Shown piece by piece: positions 23,200 through 24,000 of a DNA stretch of 24,000 nucleotides; the stretch's first letter is position 1; each line of letters opens with the position of its first letter. Source of the stretch: an uncultured Erysipelotrichaceae bacterium (GTDB lineage: Bacteria; Bacillota_I; Bacilli_A; RF39; UBA660). The notes beneath the pieces were generated by a model, which was given only the letters and a program-made list of their open reading frames with translations, did not search any database and was not told the origin of the DNA. The stretch is taken from NCBI GenBank assembly GCA_948444795.1, contig CAOJUX010000001.1, positions 57,828-81,827 of the forward strand, read 5' to 3'. Position numbers and translations under genes: made by a program.

Positions 23200-23570
23200 G
23201 ATCTTCCCTCCAATAATTCAAGCATTATTTCTTGATGTGTATCATATTTTGCAGGATAACCACTTGATTTATATTTGGTTTTGACATTGTTTTTATCAGA
23301 AACTATTATCTTGGAGCCTGTTTTAATGCTTACATCTGGCGAAATAAACATTTTAATTGATAAAGGTGTTGTAGCACTATTATCAGTTGTATTTATTATA
23401 GATATTCTTTCGTATGATATTTTGCATGGTTCATTTTCTATTATTTTAACATCTTTAAAACTAGTTGATTTATTTTCATTTTGAACTTTCCTATTTTCTA
23501 TAACGTCACATTTGCAATCGTAGGTTTCTTCTAAGAACTGCCTTGCTACCATTTTAGCTTTCGATAACAT
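23196..23570 (-). CDS. head-tail adaptor / head closure protein (XkdH/YqbH-like)
   Basis: The 124-aa ORF is placed by synteny between the connector-like and gp10-like genes. The sequence match is weak. Confidence 0.45.
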   Translation of the reverse strand: MLSKAKMVARQFLEETYDCKCDVIENRKVQNENKSTSFKDVKIIENEPCKISYERISIINTTDNSATTPLSIKMFISPDVSIKTGSKIIVSDKNNVKTKYKSSGYPAKYDTHQEIMLELLEGRS

Positions 23571-23998
23571 ATTAAATCTTTTTCTCCATAATTCATCAAA
23601 AATGAGATAAATTTATTCAATTTCGTTTCATCGCTATCGGAATCATCATTAATAGCAAATTCAAATTTAGTATCTCCCTCTTGCAAACTTTTGACTGCCG
23701 TTTTGAAATCAAAATTTTCTAAATCTAACTGATTAGATTGTTTTTTATTAAATAGAAATTCGCCACACGCTCTATCAATAACAACTTCATTTAATTCTTT
23801 TGGTATTTTTGAAATATTACATGCATTTTTAATATGATTAGTTATTTTGTCTAGTATAAATACTATTAACCAAGCATCATCTTTAACTGTTTTATATCCA
23901 AAGTTTAATAGTCTTTGAAGAACCCCTTTGATGAGAGATTCTTCATAACTATTAGTTATTTGAGTGATATCTTTAATTGTTAATTCTGTATTATTCAT
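23546..23998 (-). CDS. head-tail connector protein (gp6/YqbG-like)
   Basis: The 150-aa ORF is the first gene of the neck module in this window. The call rests mainly on position, and the ATG is at 23998. Confidence 0.4.
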   Translation of the reverse strand: MNNTELTIKDITQITNSYEESLIKGVLQRLLNFGYKTVKDDAWLIVFILDKITNHIKNACNISKIPKELNEVVIDRACGEFLFNKKQSNQLDLENFDFKTAVKSLQEGDTKFEFAINDDSDSDETKLNKFISFLMNYGEKDLICYRKLKW

Positions 23999-24000
23999 TT

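Larger units (their letters stand above)
6094..24000. mobile_element. PBSX/skin-like contractile-tail prophage (partial, continues beyond the window end), with its left junction inside cotJC
   Basis: A contiguous minus-strand late operon runs from neck through sheath, tube, TMP, baseplate and fibre to lysis, with an accessory region next to the junction. cotJC homology is lost at about 6094. No recombinase and no second att copy lie in the window. Confidence 0.85.

Noticed and set aside
11812-23484. Plus-strand ORFs lie inside the late operon at 11812-12150, 15954-16154, 17694-17963, 20066-20257, 22810-23091 and 23275-23484.
   Set aside because: All are antisense shadows wholly inside well-supported minus-strand structural genes. 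They are Leu/Ser/Phe-rich, and none has an RBS or recognisable motifs.
1-24000. I looked for CRISPR arrays, rRNA or tRNA genes, tandem repeats, and integrase or transposase genes.
   Set aside because: I saw no regularly spaced direct repeats, no rRNA- or tRNA-like conserved blocks, and no recombinase-like ORF in any frame of this window.

Overview
This is a very AT-rich chromosome segment from a Clostridium-like spore-forming Firmicute. Positions 1-6093 are host genes. They comprise ssb (partial), a lone sufB-like gene, two small unknown ORFs, a DUF3419/BtaA-like SAM enzyme, spoVS, trmL, a membrane thioredoxin-fold protein and a cotJ spore-coat operon (a CotJA-CotJB fusion ORF plus cotJC). 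cotJC breaks off after codon 68 at about 6094. From there to the window end everything is a PBSX/skin-like contractile-tail prophage, read on the minus strand from 23998 down to 9768. Its gene order is neck/connector, sheath, tube, a chaperone with a -1 frameshift site, tape measure, a LysM protein, baseplate (XkdQ/R/S/T/U-like), tail fibre, a repeat-rich putative receptor-binding protein, holin and an M15 endolysin. No integrase or recombinase, and no 3' part of cotJC, lies inside the window. A 3.6 kb accessory region (6105-9767) sits between the lysis cassette and the cotJC junction, and it is the most interesting part of the window. It holds (i) a Cys-rich HNH-like ORF whose ATG overlaps the stop of the truncated cotJC. 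It also holds (ii) a NUMOD4 homing-endonuclease remnant and (iii) a CDC123/R2K-like ATP-grasp protein. Next is (iv) an Abi_2 (AbiD/F-like) abortive-infection gene bracketed by inverted copies of a 30-bp GC-rich hairpin element. Last is (v) a small PBECR-like putative RNase preceded by a roughly 235-nt leader that contains a 50% GC structured block and an intrinsic terminator abutting the RBS. I saw no rRNA, tRNA or CRISPR array. All homology statements come from reading the translations by eye, with no database search.
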